This document shows, one piece after another, positions 18,436-28,044 of a stretch of DNA of 64,000 bases; positions within the stretch are counted from its first letter, which is position 1; each line of letters starts with the position of its first letter. The notes under the pieces were generated by a model. It was not told the DNA's origin. It ran no database searches and worked only from the letters and a program-made list of their open reading frames with translations. Source of the stretch: Dehalococcoidia bacterium. GTDB taxonomy: Bacteria; Chloroflexota; Dehalococcoidia; SM23-28-2; RBG-16-64-32. The DNA lies in the NCBI GenBank assembly GCA_030649945.1, contig JAUSFE010000040.1:26266-90265 (forward strand), read 5' to 3'. Made by a program: the position numbers and the translations under genes.

Positions 18436-19227
18436 TCAGCCTGACCGGCGCCGGCGGAAGGCGCCGTCAAAGCGCCGGTGCCAGAACAGGATCAGCGTGT
18501 GCGCCAGGAAGTCCTTGCCCTGGGAGAGCGTGGCCTTGCTGACGCCGGCGGCACGCGGTGCGAACCGCAGCGGCACCTCTTTCACGCGCGCCGAATCCGT
18601 GCGGATCAGTATGTCCAGCAGGATCTTGAAGCCGATGGGCCTCAGGACCGTATCCGCCAGCAGGCCCCGCCTGACGAGGAAGAAGCCCGACAGCGGGTCC
18701 GTGACGCCGCGCAGCCGCGACGGGAACAGCGCCTTTACCAGCCACTTGGCGACCCAGGAGATCGCCTTGCGGCTCAGGCCGTTGAGCCCGGCGTCGCTCC
18801 CGCCGCGCACGTTGCGGCTGGCAATCACGATGTCGGCATCGGCGTCCTGCGCCTTCCGGAGCATGGCAATGATCAGGTCCGGCGGGTGCTGCAGGTCCGC
18901 GTCCATGATGCAGACATAGCGGCCGCCGGCCGCGCGGATCCCTTCGACCACGGCGGTGGACAGGCCGCCCCGCCGGCGCACGCCGTCCCGGTGCACGACT
19001 CGCACCTGCAGCCCGCTCTCCGCGCCCTCGCGTTCGATGATCTGCGGCGTGTCGTCGTCGCTGTCGTCCACGAAGATGACGTCGGCGGGCACGTCCGCCA
19101 GGACATCCGCCAGGCGGGCGATGAGCAGGGGCGCCGTCGCCGATTCGTTCCTGGTGGGCACGACGAGCGACAGGAGCTGCGCGTCCTCCGGCCCGGCCCC
19201 GTCGCCCTTTTCGCCCTTCCCCCTCAT
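18436..19227 (-). CDS. GT2 polyprenol-phosphate glycosyltransferase (DPM1/GtrB-like)
   Basis: LSLVVPTRNE...VIFVDDSDDDT...CIMDADLQHPP DxD/GT-A motifs. C-terminal membrane-associated segment. Confidence 0.85.
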   Translation of the reverse strand: MRGKGEKGDGAGPEDAQLLSLVVPTRNESATAPLLIARLADVLADVPADVIFVDDSDDDTPQIIEREGAESGLQVRVVHRDGVRRRGGLSTAVVEGIRAAGGRYVCIMDADLQHPPDLIIAMLRKAQDADADIVIASRNVRGGSDAGLNGLSRKAISWVAKWLVKALFPSRLRGVTDPLSGFFLVRRGLLADTVLRPIGFKILLDILIRTDSARVKEVPLRFAPRAAGVSKATLSQGKDFLAHTLILFWHRRFDGAFRRRRSG

Positions 19228-19240
19228 CGCTCCCGCGTTT

Positions 19241-20767
19241 CTACCATCCGACCCAGCTCAGTCCCAGATAGTGGTGCCTGTCGAACTGGTAGATCCAGAC
19301 CACGCCCCAGAGGTTCACGATGACGCTGGCGACAATCATTAGCTTGTGGTGCCACTTCAGGTCATCGCCCATGCCCTTCACCGTCAGCAGGAAGAGGAAG
19401 GGCATGAAGTCCAGGCCAAAGCGATAGCCGAACTGCGCGAAACCGGTGCCGGCGAACGTGAACAGCATAAGGGCCACCGGCAGCAGGCCCGCCCAGCAGG
19501 CCAGCACGAACTTGTCGTGGCGGCCGGTGTAGATGGCCATGGCGATGAGGGCGTAGAAGGGGAGCAGGTTCAGCTGGTGCTGGAACTGGTAGGTGTGCCA
19601 GCCCTCGGCATCCTGGGCTGCGCGGAGCAGCCACTGGGGCGCTCCAGCTTCAAGGGCGAGGTCGCCCCAGACGCGCGCCGTCGCCTTGGAGATGATGATC
19701 CCCGTCGTCACCAGGATCACCAGCCAGCCCGCCGCTGCCACCCGCCTGTCCTTGACGCCCGCAAACAGCGCGTAGAAGAAGGCCGGCGTCGTGGCCCAGA
19801 GCGCCATCCCGCCCCAGGAAGGCAGCACGTAAGGCGCTTCCATTCGGATTATCGGCATGTTCTGGAGCATCACCGCCGTGTGCCGCGGGATGTAGCGATA
19901 GTCGAAGGGCCCGTGGTTGAACCAGGGCTGCGCCAGCACACTCTCCGGCAGCAGGTGCTGGCTGGCGTCCAGGGGCGTGCCGAAGCGCAGGTAGTTGTAG
20001 ATAAAGCTCAGCACAAGGAAGATCCCCAGGCCTGCGCCCAGCGCCATCAGCGGCCGGATGTTCAGCCTCTCCCGCAGCGACTTGCCCGCCGCCGGCGGCA
20101 GCCAGAGGTCAGAGAACATGATGACGAAGAACGGCAGCGCAAGCACCGTGGGCTGACGGCTCCAGTAGGCCGCCCCCAGGCAGAGGCCAGCCCAGAAGGG
20201 GCGCCGGTCCTTTATCGTGAAGTAGATGGCCGCGAACAGGAAGAGCACCGCCACAGTGTGCGAGAAGAACCACACACCCCCGTTGGCCGCGGCGTACCAG
20301 TACACCGTGCCGAACAGGAACAGTACCGTCAGCCAGACCTGAGTGGTGATCCTCCTCGTGACGCTCCCGACGACGGTGCTGACCACGGAGGCGTTGACGG
20401 CGCCGATGACCACGGAGACCAGCGTCTGGTTCAGCGCCAGGCCGAAGAGGATGACCCCGGGCAGCATCACGATGGCCGGCCACGGCGGCGGGATGACGTA
20501 GTACTTGCCGTCGTGGAGGATGAGCTCCAGGTAAGTCAGGTTTTCGGCCAGGTTGACCCGGCCGTGGAGGAAAGCGTCCGCCTGGCGCACGAAGTTGTTG
20601 TAGGGAGTGGCGGGCGCGCCCAGGAGGCGGTACACCAGGAAGGTGACGATGAAGAAGGCGCCGGCCACGATGAGGGCCCGGTGACGCGTGAGGAAGGCCC
20701 GGAGCGCCTCCGGCCAGAGGCCCACCCAGAACTCTAACGCCCTATCCCTTACGCTCGCTCGCTCCAT
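19241..20767 (-). CDS. GT-C fold integral-membrane glycosyltransferase (ArnT/PMT-like)
   Basis: About 13 predicted TM segments over 508 aa. Immediately downstream of the GT2 gene on the same strand. Confidence 0.65.
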   Translation of the reverse strand: MERASVRDRALEFWVGLWPEALRAFLTRHRALIVAGAFFIVTFLVYRLLGAPATPYNNFVRQADAFLHGRVNLAENLTYLELILHDGKYYVIPPPWPAIVMLPGVILFGLALNQTLVSVVIGAVNASVVSTVVGSVTRRITTQVWLTVLFLFGTVYWYAAANGGVWFFSHTVAVLFLFAAIYFTIKDRRPFWAGLCLGAAYWSRQPTVLALPFFVIMFSDLWLPPAAGKSLRERLNIRPLMALGAGLGIFLVLSFIYNYLRFGTPLDASQHLLPESVLAQPWFNHGPFDYRYIPRHTAVMLQNMPIIRMEAPYVLPSWGGMALWATTPAFFYALFAGVKDRRVAAAGWLVILVTTGIIISKATARVWGDLALEAGAPQWLLRAAQDAEGWHTYQFQHQLNLLPFYALIAMAIYTGRHDKFVLACWAGLLPVALMLFTFAGTGFAQFGYRFGLDFMPFLFLLTVKGMGDDLKWHHKLMIVASVIVNLWGVVWIYQFDRHHYLGLSWVGW

Positions 20768-20934
20768 TTTCGACCCGCGCTAGACACACACAGTCACTAA
20801 ATTATAGAGGGCGGGAGATACAGACGCCATTGCGCCGCGCGCCGCTCCCGCCCGCTGTCCTGCAGGACGCGAAAGCGCCCGCGCCGGTTGCAGGCCCGCT
20901 GCGGGCACGAGCGTCACGCCTGGGCTGGCTGCTA

Positions 20935-21175
20935 GGCGAAAGGAGCGGAACCACGCCGTAGGGGCGCCGCTCGGGGACGGGGGTAGGGCGGGGGGTGCCG
21001 CGCCCTCAGCGCCACCCGTCGCACGAACATCCGCGTCGGGCGAACACGGGCCGCCGTAGGGGCGAGTGGCTCGCCCGCACCCCGCTCGGGAATGGGGGCA
21101 GGGCGGGGCCTGCCTGCCGGCAGGCCGGGGTGCCGCGCCCTCTGCGCCACCCGTCGCACGAACCAATCCCTGAGT
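20935..21175. repeat. hairpin plus G-quadruplex-motif repeat family, locus 2 (2 units)
   Basis: Near-identical to 15785-16030 units: acgccgtaggggcgccgctcggggacgggggtagggcggggggtgccgcgccctcagcgccacccgtcgcacgaacatccgcg... Confidence 0.6.
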
Positions 21176-21442
21176 TCTCGAAAAGTAAATGAGAACAGAG
21201 CAACGGTGAACTAACGGTGAAAAGGGCGCAGAGGTTCGGCAAAGCGCTTGACCGCCCGCGCCACACACCGGTAGTGTGGTTCTAGAGTAACAAAGCGAGT
21301 TGCTCCCACGAGCCAGCCCATCGGGAGGGTCCGGGCTAATCAACGAGGCCTACGCAAGGAGGCTGGCAGTGGAGAAACAGGATACTCATCGCTGCACCAG
21401 CGGCCTGCCTCCAGTTTGGGCCATGTAGTCGGAGGCACGGTT

Positions 21443-23251
21443 ATGGCTGGTTTCTTTGCTCGGAGCGCGACCTTCAAGAAGAGATGGCGCTGGCGGTGGT
21501 CGTTGCCACTGCTCGCCCTGGCGCTGGCGGCCCTCTTACTCTCGGGCAGCGGCGCCTTCTCTGCACCCGGCAACGTACACGAGTCCGTGTTCTCCTGGGC
21601 CCGGCAGCACCCGGGGCAGCAGGTGCCCGTCATCGTCCAGACCAACGGCGACAGCAGCGGGCTGGTCTCGAAGATCGCCGGCAGCGGCGGCGCCGTGGAG
21701 CGCGAGCTCGCCCTGGTGCAGGCGCTGGACGCCAGCATCCCGGCGGGGGAGATCGGCGCGATAGCGAGCGACCCGGCCGTCTCCTGGATCAGCCTGGACG
21801 CGCCGGTGGTCCCCACCGGGTTCGTGGATACAGGTAACCTGGCCAGCGCCTATCCCTTCGCCGTCAACGCGCCCGCCGTCTGGAACGCCGGCATCACCGG
21901 CAGTGGCCTGAGCGTGGCCGTGATCGATACGGGCATCTCGCCCCGCGGCCACGAGGACTTCAAGAACAGCGCTGGGAACTCTCGTGTCATAGCTCGGGTC
22001 GTGGTCAACGATACTACCAGCAACGTCACCGACGGGTACGGCCACGGTACCCATGTGGCTGGCATCGTCGGCGGGGACGGCAGCCTGCTGGCGAGCAAGT
22101 ACGTGGGGATCGCTCCCGAAGTGAACCTTATCAATGTCAAGGTGGCCGGTGAGGACGGCAGCGCTACCCTGGCTGATGTCGTCGCCGGGCTGGAGTGGGT
22201 CTTCGAGAACAAGGAAGCCTACAACATCCGCGTAGTCAACCTCTCGCTTCACTCGTCGGTTGCCCAGAGCTACACCGTGGACCCGCTGGATGCAGCGGTG
22301 GAGTTCCTCTGGTTCAACGACGTGGTGGTGGTGGTAGCCGCGGGCAACTCGGGCGACGCCGCCGATGCCGTCCACTACCCGCCCGCCAACGACCCCTTCG
22401 TGATCACGGTCGGCGCTTTCGGCGATCAAGGGACGCCGGACTTCGGCGACGATACTCTGGCGCCGTGGTCCGGTCGCGGCACCACCCAGGACGGCTTCGC
22501 CAAGCCGGAGGTGGTGGCGCCCGGCCGCAACATCGTATCGGTCATAGACTCCAACAGCATCCTGTACAAGACCTACCCGGACAAAGTCGTCGACAAGGAC
22601 TACTTCCGTCTCAGCGGCACCTCTATGGCGGCGGGCGTCGTGTCGGGCGTGGCCGCTTTGGTGCGACAGGCCCACCCGGAGTGGACGACCGAGCAAGTGA
22701 AATGCACCGTTACGGCGCAGGGCCGCAACCTCAGCGCCGGGGACGGCGTGGTACCCGATGTCGCCAGACTCGTCGCTGCAATCGCACCGGCGACGGGCTG
22801 CAACGACGGCGTTACGCCGAACTTCCTCCTCTCGCAGGCGCCCATCGTGCAGGTCGGCGTGGTGGCCTACGTCCTCGGCTCGGACGATCCGGTCGCTGAG
22901 GCCGCTGCGGTCGGCCTCGATCTCGATGCCGTCGGTCGTCCCGGCACCACGCTCGACACGGTTGACTGGTCGGCTATCAAGTGGTCTGCCATCAAGTGGA
23001 GCGCGATTAAATGGAGCGCCATCGAGTGGTCGGCCATCAAATGGTCAGCCATCAAGTGGTCGGCCATCGATTTCGACGCCATCAAGTGGTCCTCTGACGT
23101 CAACTTCGACGCCATCAAGTGGTCGGCAATCAAGTGGTCTGCGATCAAGTGGAGCGCGATCAAATGGTCGGCCATCAAGTGGAGCGGCGGCACTGTCGAC
23201 TTCGATGCGATCAAGTGGTCGGCCATCAAATGGTCCGTTTTCCCCGAGTAA
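21443..23251 (+). CDS. secreted subtilisin-like serine protease (S8) with C-terminal AIKWS pentapeptide tandem repeats
   Basis: Signal peptide. Catalytic triad motifs VAVIDTGI (Asp), HGTHVAGIVGG (His), GTSMAAGVVSGVAALV (Ser). C-terminal about 90 aa of (W-S-A-I-K)n. ATG 21443 with GGAGG 8 nt upstream. Confidence 0.9.
   Translation: MAGFFARSATFKKRWRWRWSLPLLALALAALLLSGSGAFSAPGNVHESVFSWARQHPGQQVPVIVQTNGDSSGLVSKIAGSGGAVERELALVQALDASIPAGEIGAIASDPAVSWISLDAPVVPTGFVDTGNLASAYPFAVNAPAVWNAGITGSGLSVAVIDTGISPRGHEDFKNSAGNSRVIARVVVNDTTSNVTDGYGHGTHVAGIVGGDGSLLASKYVGIAPEVNLINVKVAGEDGSATLADVVAGLEWVFENKEAYNIRVVNLSLHSSVAQSYTVDPLDAAVEFLWFNDVVVVVAAGNSGDAADAVHYPPANDPFVITVGAFGDQGTPDFGDDTLAPWSGRGTTQDGFAKPEVVAPGRNIVSVIDSNSILYKTYPDKVVDKDYFRLSGTSMAAGVVSGVAALVRQAHPEWTTEQVKCTVTAQGRNLSAGDGVVPDVARLVAAIAPATGCNDGVTPNFLLSQAPIVQVGVVAYVLGSDDPVAEAAAVGLDLDAVGRPGTTLDTVDWSAIKWSAIKWSAIKWSAIEWSAIKWSAIKWSAIDFDAIKWSSDVNFDAIKWSAIKWSAIKWSAIKWSAIKWSGGTVDFDAIKWSAIKWSVFPE
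22964..23236 (+). repeat. 15-nt-period coding tandem repeat (about 16 units) encoding WSAIK/FDAIK pentapeptides
   Basis: gccatcaagtggtcg-type units with synonymous variation (tcg/tct/agc/tca Ser; atc/att Ile; aag/aaa Lys). Confidence 0.85.
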
Positions 23252-23360
23252 CGGCGGCTCCGATTCTCAAAAGTCCGATCACGTTGAGTCGGACATATTC
23301 GACGACGACCACTAGCAGAGTTGTTACTAAGCGGTGGATGCAAGCGTCATAAGTTGAGGA

Positions 23361-24917
23361 ATGGCTAAGATGCAGAGATTCGGGATCGTCGCTCAGCAGG
23401 GGTTCATCCTGCCCCGGCAGAGCGCGTCGGCGGGCGGGAACCCGGCCCCCAGCGACGCTGACAGCCGTCCGCCTCAGGCGGGCGGCGGCACGCGCCCCAG
23501 CGCCACCCTCTGGCTGCTGATCGCCCTCGTCACGGCGGCCGGAGCGGCCCTCGCCATCCGCGGCGCCTTGCTGCCCGGTGGGGTGGACTGGCAGGTGCTC
23601 GCCGTCCTGGCAGCCCTGGCCGTGATCGCAGAGCGCACAGACCTGAGCCTCTACGGCGACAGCCGCGTCTCGCTGGCCTTCGTGCCCATCTTCGCCTCGC
23701 TGATCCTGGCGGGGCTCACAGGCCTCGCCATCGTGGTCACCGTGGCCATGCTGGCCTCGGCCCTCAACCGGCCGCTTTACAAGACGGCGTTCAACTTCGG
23801 CACGCTCATGATCGCCGGGGCCGCTTCCAGTCTCATTTTCCCGGCCTTCGGCGACACAGAGCACGGCTACAACTGGGCCAGGGTACTGGCCGTCACGCTG
23901 GTCGCCGGCGGCATCAACTTCGCCGCCAACAGCGTTCTCGTGGCCATCGCCATCGCCATCAACGGCCGCTCCCGGGTCAGGACAGTATGGGCGGAGCACT
24001 TCCTCTGGCTCTGGCCGCACTACCTGGTGCTTTCCGTCCTGGCCCTCGCCATCGTAGCGGCCTACGAGGCTATGGGCCTCTGGGGCATCGCCGTCTTCCT
24101 GGCGCCGCCGCTGATGATGCGGCTGTCCATCAAGCAGTACCTGGACCGCACGACCGGCAGCGTGCTGGAGCTGCGCGAGGCGCACGGCAAGCTGCAGTCC
24201 GCGCACGCGCAACTGACCGCCGCCATGACCAGCCTGGGCAGCGCCTACGACGGCACCCTGCGCTCTCTCGTCGCCGCCCTCGACGCGCGCGACAGCGAGA
24301 CCGCCGGCCACTCCGAGCGCGTGGCCGACCTGACCATGGCCATCGCCACCGAGATGGGGTTCGAGCCGGACACGGAGCCGTGGCGGAACCTCTCCTGGGG
24401 CGCCCTCCTCCACGATGTCGGCAAGATCGCCATCCCGGACGGCATCCTGCGCAAGCCCGGCCACCTGACCGAGACGGAGTGGGACGCCATGCGCACCCAC
24501 CCGCACGCGGGGTTCGAGATCCTCAAGTCGGTCGACTTCCTGGCTCCGGCCGCAGACATCGTCCTCGCCCACCACGAGCGGTACGACGGCAAGGGCTACC
24601 CACACGGCCTGACCGCGGAGGAGATCCCGCTGGGCGCCCGCGTCTTCATGATCGCCGACGCCTTTGACGCCATGACCTCCGACCGCACCTACAGGACCGC
24701 CATGGCGGCGGAGGAGGCGCTGGCGGAGATCCTGCGGCACAGCGGCACCCAGTTCGATCCCATCTGCGTCATGGGCTTCCTCAGCGTCTACCGCAGGCGC
24801 TTTGTGGGCGCCGGACAGCGCGTCCAGGCTCATCCCCGGCGCACTACTGAGCCGCGCCTGAGCGAGGCGCTGGAGCGGGCCATCCTGGAAGCGGCCGGAC
24901 TGGACAGGGCCTCCTGA
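23361..24917 (+). CDS. membrane-anchored HD-GYP domain phosphodiesterase
   Basis: N-terminal multi-TM domain of about 250 aa. C-terminal HD-GYP: HSERVADL...HDVGKIAIPD...HHERYDGKGYP. Confidence 0.85.
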   Translation: MAKMQRFGIVAQQGFILPRQSASAGGNPAPSDADSRPPQAGGGTRPSATLWLLIALVTAAGAALAIRGALLPGGVDWQVLAVLAALAVIAERTDLSLYGDSRVSLAFVPIFASLILAGLTGLAIVVTVAMLASALNRPLYKTAFNFGTLMIAGAASSLIFPAFGDTEHGYNWARVLAVTLVAGGINFAANSVLVAIAIAINGRSRVRTVWAEHFLWLWPHYLVLSVLALAIVAAYEAMGLWGIAVFLAPPLMMRLSIKQYLDRTTGSVLELREAHGKLQSAHAQLTAAMTSLGSAYDGTLRSLVAALDARDSETAGHSERVADLTMAIATEMGFEPDTEPWRNLSWGALLHDVGKIAIPDGILRKPGHLTETEWDAMRTHPHAGFEILKSVDFLAPAADIVLAHHERYDGKGYPHGLTAEEIPLGARVFMIADAFDAMTSDRTYRTAMAAEEALAEILRHSGTQFDPICVMGFLSVYRRRFVGAGQRVQAHPRRTTEPRLSEALERAILEAAGLDRAS

Positions 24918-25618
24918 TGAGCCGGAACATTGCGCTCCAGCTCCTGATAGCAGGCGTGGCGGCGCTCGGCCTCGGCGTCTTCGCCGGCGGCTACCTTGAC
25001 TGGCACCACGAGGACGTAGTCCTGCTGATCACGCTGGTGGCCATCGCCGTAGCCAGCGAGCTGTTCGACTTTGCACCCTTCCCTCACAGCCGCATCTCGC
25101 TGACCATAGCGCCGATCCTGGCGGCCGCCACCTTTTGCGGCCTCCCCGGCGTGGTGGTCGTCGCCGGCAGCGCCGCCGCCGCCGACTACGTGGCCCATCG
25201 CAAGCCGCTTTTCAAGGGCGTCTTCAACCTCGGGGTGCTGCTGCTCACCGGCGCCGCTCACGTCGGCGTCCTTGAGACGCTGGCATCGGCAGGTAGCCTG
25301 CGCGACTGGGACGGTCTGATTGGTCCCGTGATCCTGGGCAGCCTTGCGGCCTTCGCGGTGAACTCCGCGCTGGTCGCGGCGGCCATCGGCCTGCACACCG
25401 CGCGGCCCCCGCTCACCGTCTGGAACGAATCCTTCCGCTGGATGGCCCCGTACTACGTCACCATGGGCGTCCTGGCGCTCTTCATCGCCGTTGCTTACGA
25501 CCGCTGGGAGCTCTGGGGCCTGGCGCTGCTCATGGCGCCGCTCGCCGTGGCCTGGCTGGCAGTGAAGCAGTACGTAGGACTGGCCTCTCCGGTACGCGCC
25601 GCCGCACAGAAGCCCTAG
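24917..25618 (+). CDS. membrane protein, paralog of the HD-GYP protein's N-terminal TM sensor domain
   Basis: LFKGVFNLGVLLLTGAAHVGV parallels LYKTAFNFGTLMIAGAASSLIF of the upstream gene. TGATGA start/stop overlap. Confidence 0.6.
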   Translation: MSRNIALQLLIAGVAALGLGVFAGGYLDWHHEDVVLLITLVAIAVASELFDFAPFPHSRISLTIAPILAAATFCGLPGVVVVAGSAAAADYVAHRKPLFKGVFNLGVLLLTGAAHVGVLETLASAGSLRDWDGLIGPVILGSLAAFAVNSALVAAAIGLHTARPPLTVWNESFRWMAPYYVTMGVLALFIAVAYDRWELWGLALLMAPLAVAWLAVKQYVGLASPVRAAAQKP

Positions 25619-25775
25619 ACTGCGGAAAGCCTTCACACATTCGGTCCCGGGGATGCGCTCTCAATGCGATATTACGATCACGATGGGCGCGCTACAGAGA
25701 AGCCGTAGGCGGAGGGTCCCCGCAACCCGCGCCTAACCCCTTCTCCAGCCGTGCTATAATCCCCGCCGTACTGCG

Positions 25776-26387
25776 ATGACCGTTCCCCGCTGGCGACTGA
25801 GTGTTGAGCACCTCATGGCGTGCAACTGCAACTACGGCTGCCCGTGCTCCTTTGAGGCGCCGCCGACCTTCGGCAGTTGCGAGGCTTCCGGAGCCTTCCG
25901 CATCGCCCGGGGCGACTACGGCGGCCTGAGCCTGGACGGCCTTCTCTGGGCCCACGCTTCGCTCTGGCCGGGCCCCCTGCACGAGCGCAACGGCCGCAGC
26001 ATCATCTACCTGGACGCCCAGGCGACGCCGGAACAGCGCGCGGCGCTGGCAGAGATCGCCTGCGGCCGCGCGGGCGGGCCCATCGGCGTGTTCATGAGCA
26101 CCGTGACCGCCGGGATCGAGGTCCGGGTCGCGCCCATCCAGTTCCATTTCGCGGGCAAGGACAGCTGGTACCGCGTTGGCGATGAGGTGGATGTTGCGCT
26201 GGAGGCCATCCGCAACCCGGTAACCGGCGAGGAGCACCAGGCTGCGGCCCTCCTGCCCACCGGCATGATGACCACAAAAGAAGACTTCTACGCCACGCGG
26301 CGCTTCCGCGTCCGCGCCGGCGACTTCGACTTCGACTACCCGGCGCGCAACGCCCTCGCCTTCGCCCACACCTGGGCCGGGCCCTGA
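25776..26387 (+). CDS. DUF1326-family protein
   Basis: Signature ACNCNYGCPCSFEAPPTFGSCE near the N-terminus. Confidence 0.65.
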   Translation: MTVPRWRLSVEHLMACNCNYGCPCSFEAPPTFGSCEASGAFRIARGDYGGLSLDGLLWAHASLWPGPLHERNGRSIIYLDAQATPEQRAALAEIACGRAGGPIGVFMSTVTAGIEVRVAPIQFHFAGKDSWYRVGDEVDVALEAIRNPVTGEEHQAAALLPTGMMTTKEDFYATRRFRVRAGDFDFDYPARNALAFAHTWAGP

Positions 26388-26407
26388 CCTGATATAATCG
26401 CCCCGCC

Positions 26408-27784
26408 ATGCCTGAGGTCACGCTCCCGTACGGCGATTCGACCGTGCGCGCGGAGCTGCCGGAGCGCGCCGTGCTCGTCGGCGGCGGCGACGGCGGGCCC
26501 CACCTGCAGCCGGTTGCCGGCCAGGAAACGGCCGTGCGAGACGCCCTCGCGAAGCCGCTGGGGCTGCCACGAATCGGGCAGCTGGTGAGGCCCGGCAACC
26601 GCGTCCTGATCGCCTTCGACGACCCCACCGCGCCTTCGTTCGGGCCTGTGCGCCGCCTCGCCATCGAGGGGGTGCTCGAGGAGCTGCGCGCCGCGGGCGT
26701 GCCGGAAGAGAACGTCAACCTGGTCTGCGCCAACGCCCTCCACCGCAAGTGGACGCGCGAGGAGCTGGCCCGCATCCTCGGCCCGGAGCTCGTACAGGGC
26801 TTCGGCGAGCGACTACAGTGCCACGACGCCGAGGATGCGGACAACATCGTCAGCCTGGGCAAGACGGCGTCCGGCTACGACGTGGACGTGCACCGCCTGG
26901 TGGCCGAGTCCGACCTCACGGTCTACGTCAACGCCGCCTGTCACCTGGGCTTCAACGGCGGCTGGAAGTCTGTGGCGGTGGGCCTGTCCACCTGGCGCTC
27001 CATCCGCTGGACGCACACCCCGGACGGCATGTCCATGTCCGTCCGCAGCAACCGTATGCACGCCGTCTTCGAGGAGCAGGGGCGCCACATCGAGCAGGCG
27101 CTGGGCAGGCGCATCTTCAAATTCGAGACCGTCCTCGCCACCCCGGCCGCCATCGGCCGCTGCTGGGCGGGGGGCGTCGACGAATGCCGGGCGGCGGCCC
27201 TGGACCTGCTCGCCTCCATGCACCCGCCGCGGCGCTCGCAGGCCCGCGAGCCCGCCGATATCGTCGTCTACGGCGTCCCGAACTGGAGCCCCTACGCCAC
27301 GTTCGCGCAGATGAACCCCATCCTCACGCTGATCTCGTCCGCGCTCGGCTACCTGGGCGGCTACATCGAGGCGCTGGGCAAGCCCGGCTGCTCCGTGATC
27401 ATCGCCACGCCGTGTCCGGAGCAGTGGGACATGGAGCACCACCCTTCGTACAAGGAGGTCTGGGAGCGCGTGCTGCCCGCCACGAAGGACCCGTACGAGA
27501 TCACGGAGCGCTTCGGCGAGGAGTTCGCGGGCCGCCGCGACTACATCGACCAGTACCGTTTCGGCGTCGCCTTCCACCCCATCCACGGCATCCTGGCCAC
27601 CCACCCCCTGAAGCGCCTGAAGCACGCCGCGCGCGTCTACGTGGCCGGCCCCGACGACCCGGCCGTGCCCCGGCACGCCGGCTTCATCCCGGCCAACAGC
27701 GTCGAAGATGCGCTGGCGGACGCCCTCCAGCGCCACGGCCCGGACGCCTCCATCGCCGTCGTCCGCAACCCCCAGGGGGTGTAA
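26408..27784 (+). CDS. LarA-like (lactate racemase N-terminal domain/DUF2088) family protein, putative
   Basis: About 458 aa. Overall architecture and several blocks are reminiscent of nickel-pincer lactate racemase-like proteins. Not verified by search. Confidence 0.45.
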   Translation: MPEVTLPYGDSTVRAELPERAVLVGGGDGGPHLQPVAGQETAVRDALAKPLGLPRIGQLVRPGNRVLIAFDDPTAPSFGPVRRLAIEGVLEELRAAGVPEENVNLVCANALHRKWTREELARILGPELVQGFGERLQCHDAEDADNIVSLGKTASGYDVDVHRLVAESDLTVYVNAACHLGFNGGWKSVAVGLSTWRSIRWTHTPDGMSMSVRSNRMHAVFEEQGRHIEQALGRRIFKFETVLATPAAIGRCWAGGVDECRAAALDLLASMHPPRRSQAREPADIVVYGVPNWSPYATFAQMNPILTLISSALGYLGGYIEALGKPGCSVIIATPCPEQWDMEHHPSYKEVWERVLPATKDPYEITERFGEEFAGRRDYIDQYRFGVAFHPIHGILATHPLKRLKHAARVYVAGPDDPAVPRHAGFIPANSVEDALADALQRHGPDASIAVVRNPQGV

Positions 27785-27789
27785 TGTAC

Positions 27790-28023
27790 CGTCTCCAAAC
27801 TACCTTGACTGTACCCCGTGGTACGTTGAGCCTGCCTGCGGTAGGCGGGCGCGGCGCCTTCCCGTCCGTCATCCTGAGCGCGACGACAGCTGCCACGTGG
27901 CTCTGCGCAGCTTCGCGAAGGGATCTGGGGTGGGGCAGACCTGCGAGCGAGGGACGATAGCGCGCCCGAACCCCTCGTGTACCATCTCTCACTTCAAGGG
28001 TGCGCCGTGGTAAGGCTGTTCTT
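27790..28023. repeat. MITE-like dispersed repeat, copy B
   Basis: Begins right after the LarA-like stop. Shares the ccgtctccaa...ggtacgttgagc start, the core of about 80 nt and the ggtaaggctgttctt end with copy A (10207-10515). Confidence 0.6.
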
Positions 28024-28044
28024 GAGACACTACACTAGGAACTC

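Noticed and set aside
19346-20737. 463-aa plus-strand ORF
   Set aside because: Antisense to the GT-C membrane glycosyltransferase gene. Arg/Glu/Gly/His-rich, no domain.
21536-22696. 386-aa minus-strand ORF
   Set aside because: Antisense to the S8 protease gene, whose catalytic motifs are intact.
23226-24833. 535-aa minus-strand ORF
   Set aside because: Antisense to the HD-GYP gene. Gly/Arg/Asp-rich low complexity.
26749-27960. 403-aa plus-strand ORF in an alternate frame
   Set aside because: Overlaps the LarA-like gene in a different frame. Arg/Pro/Gly-rich.
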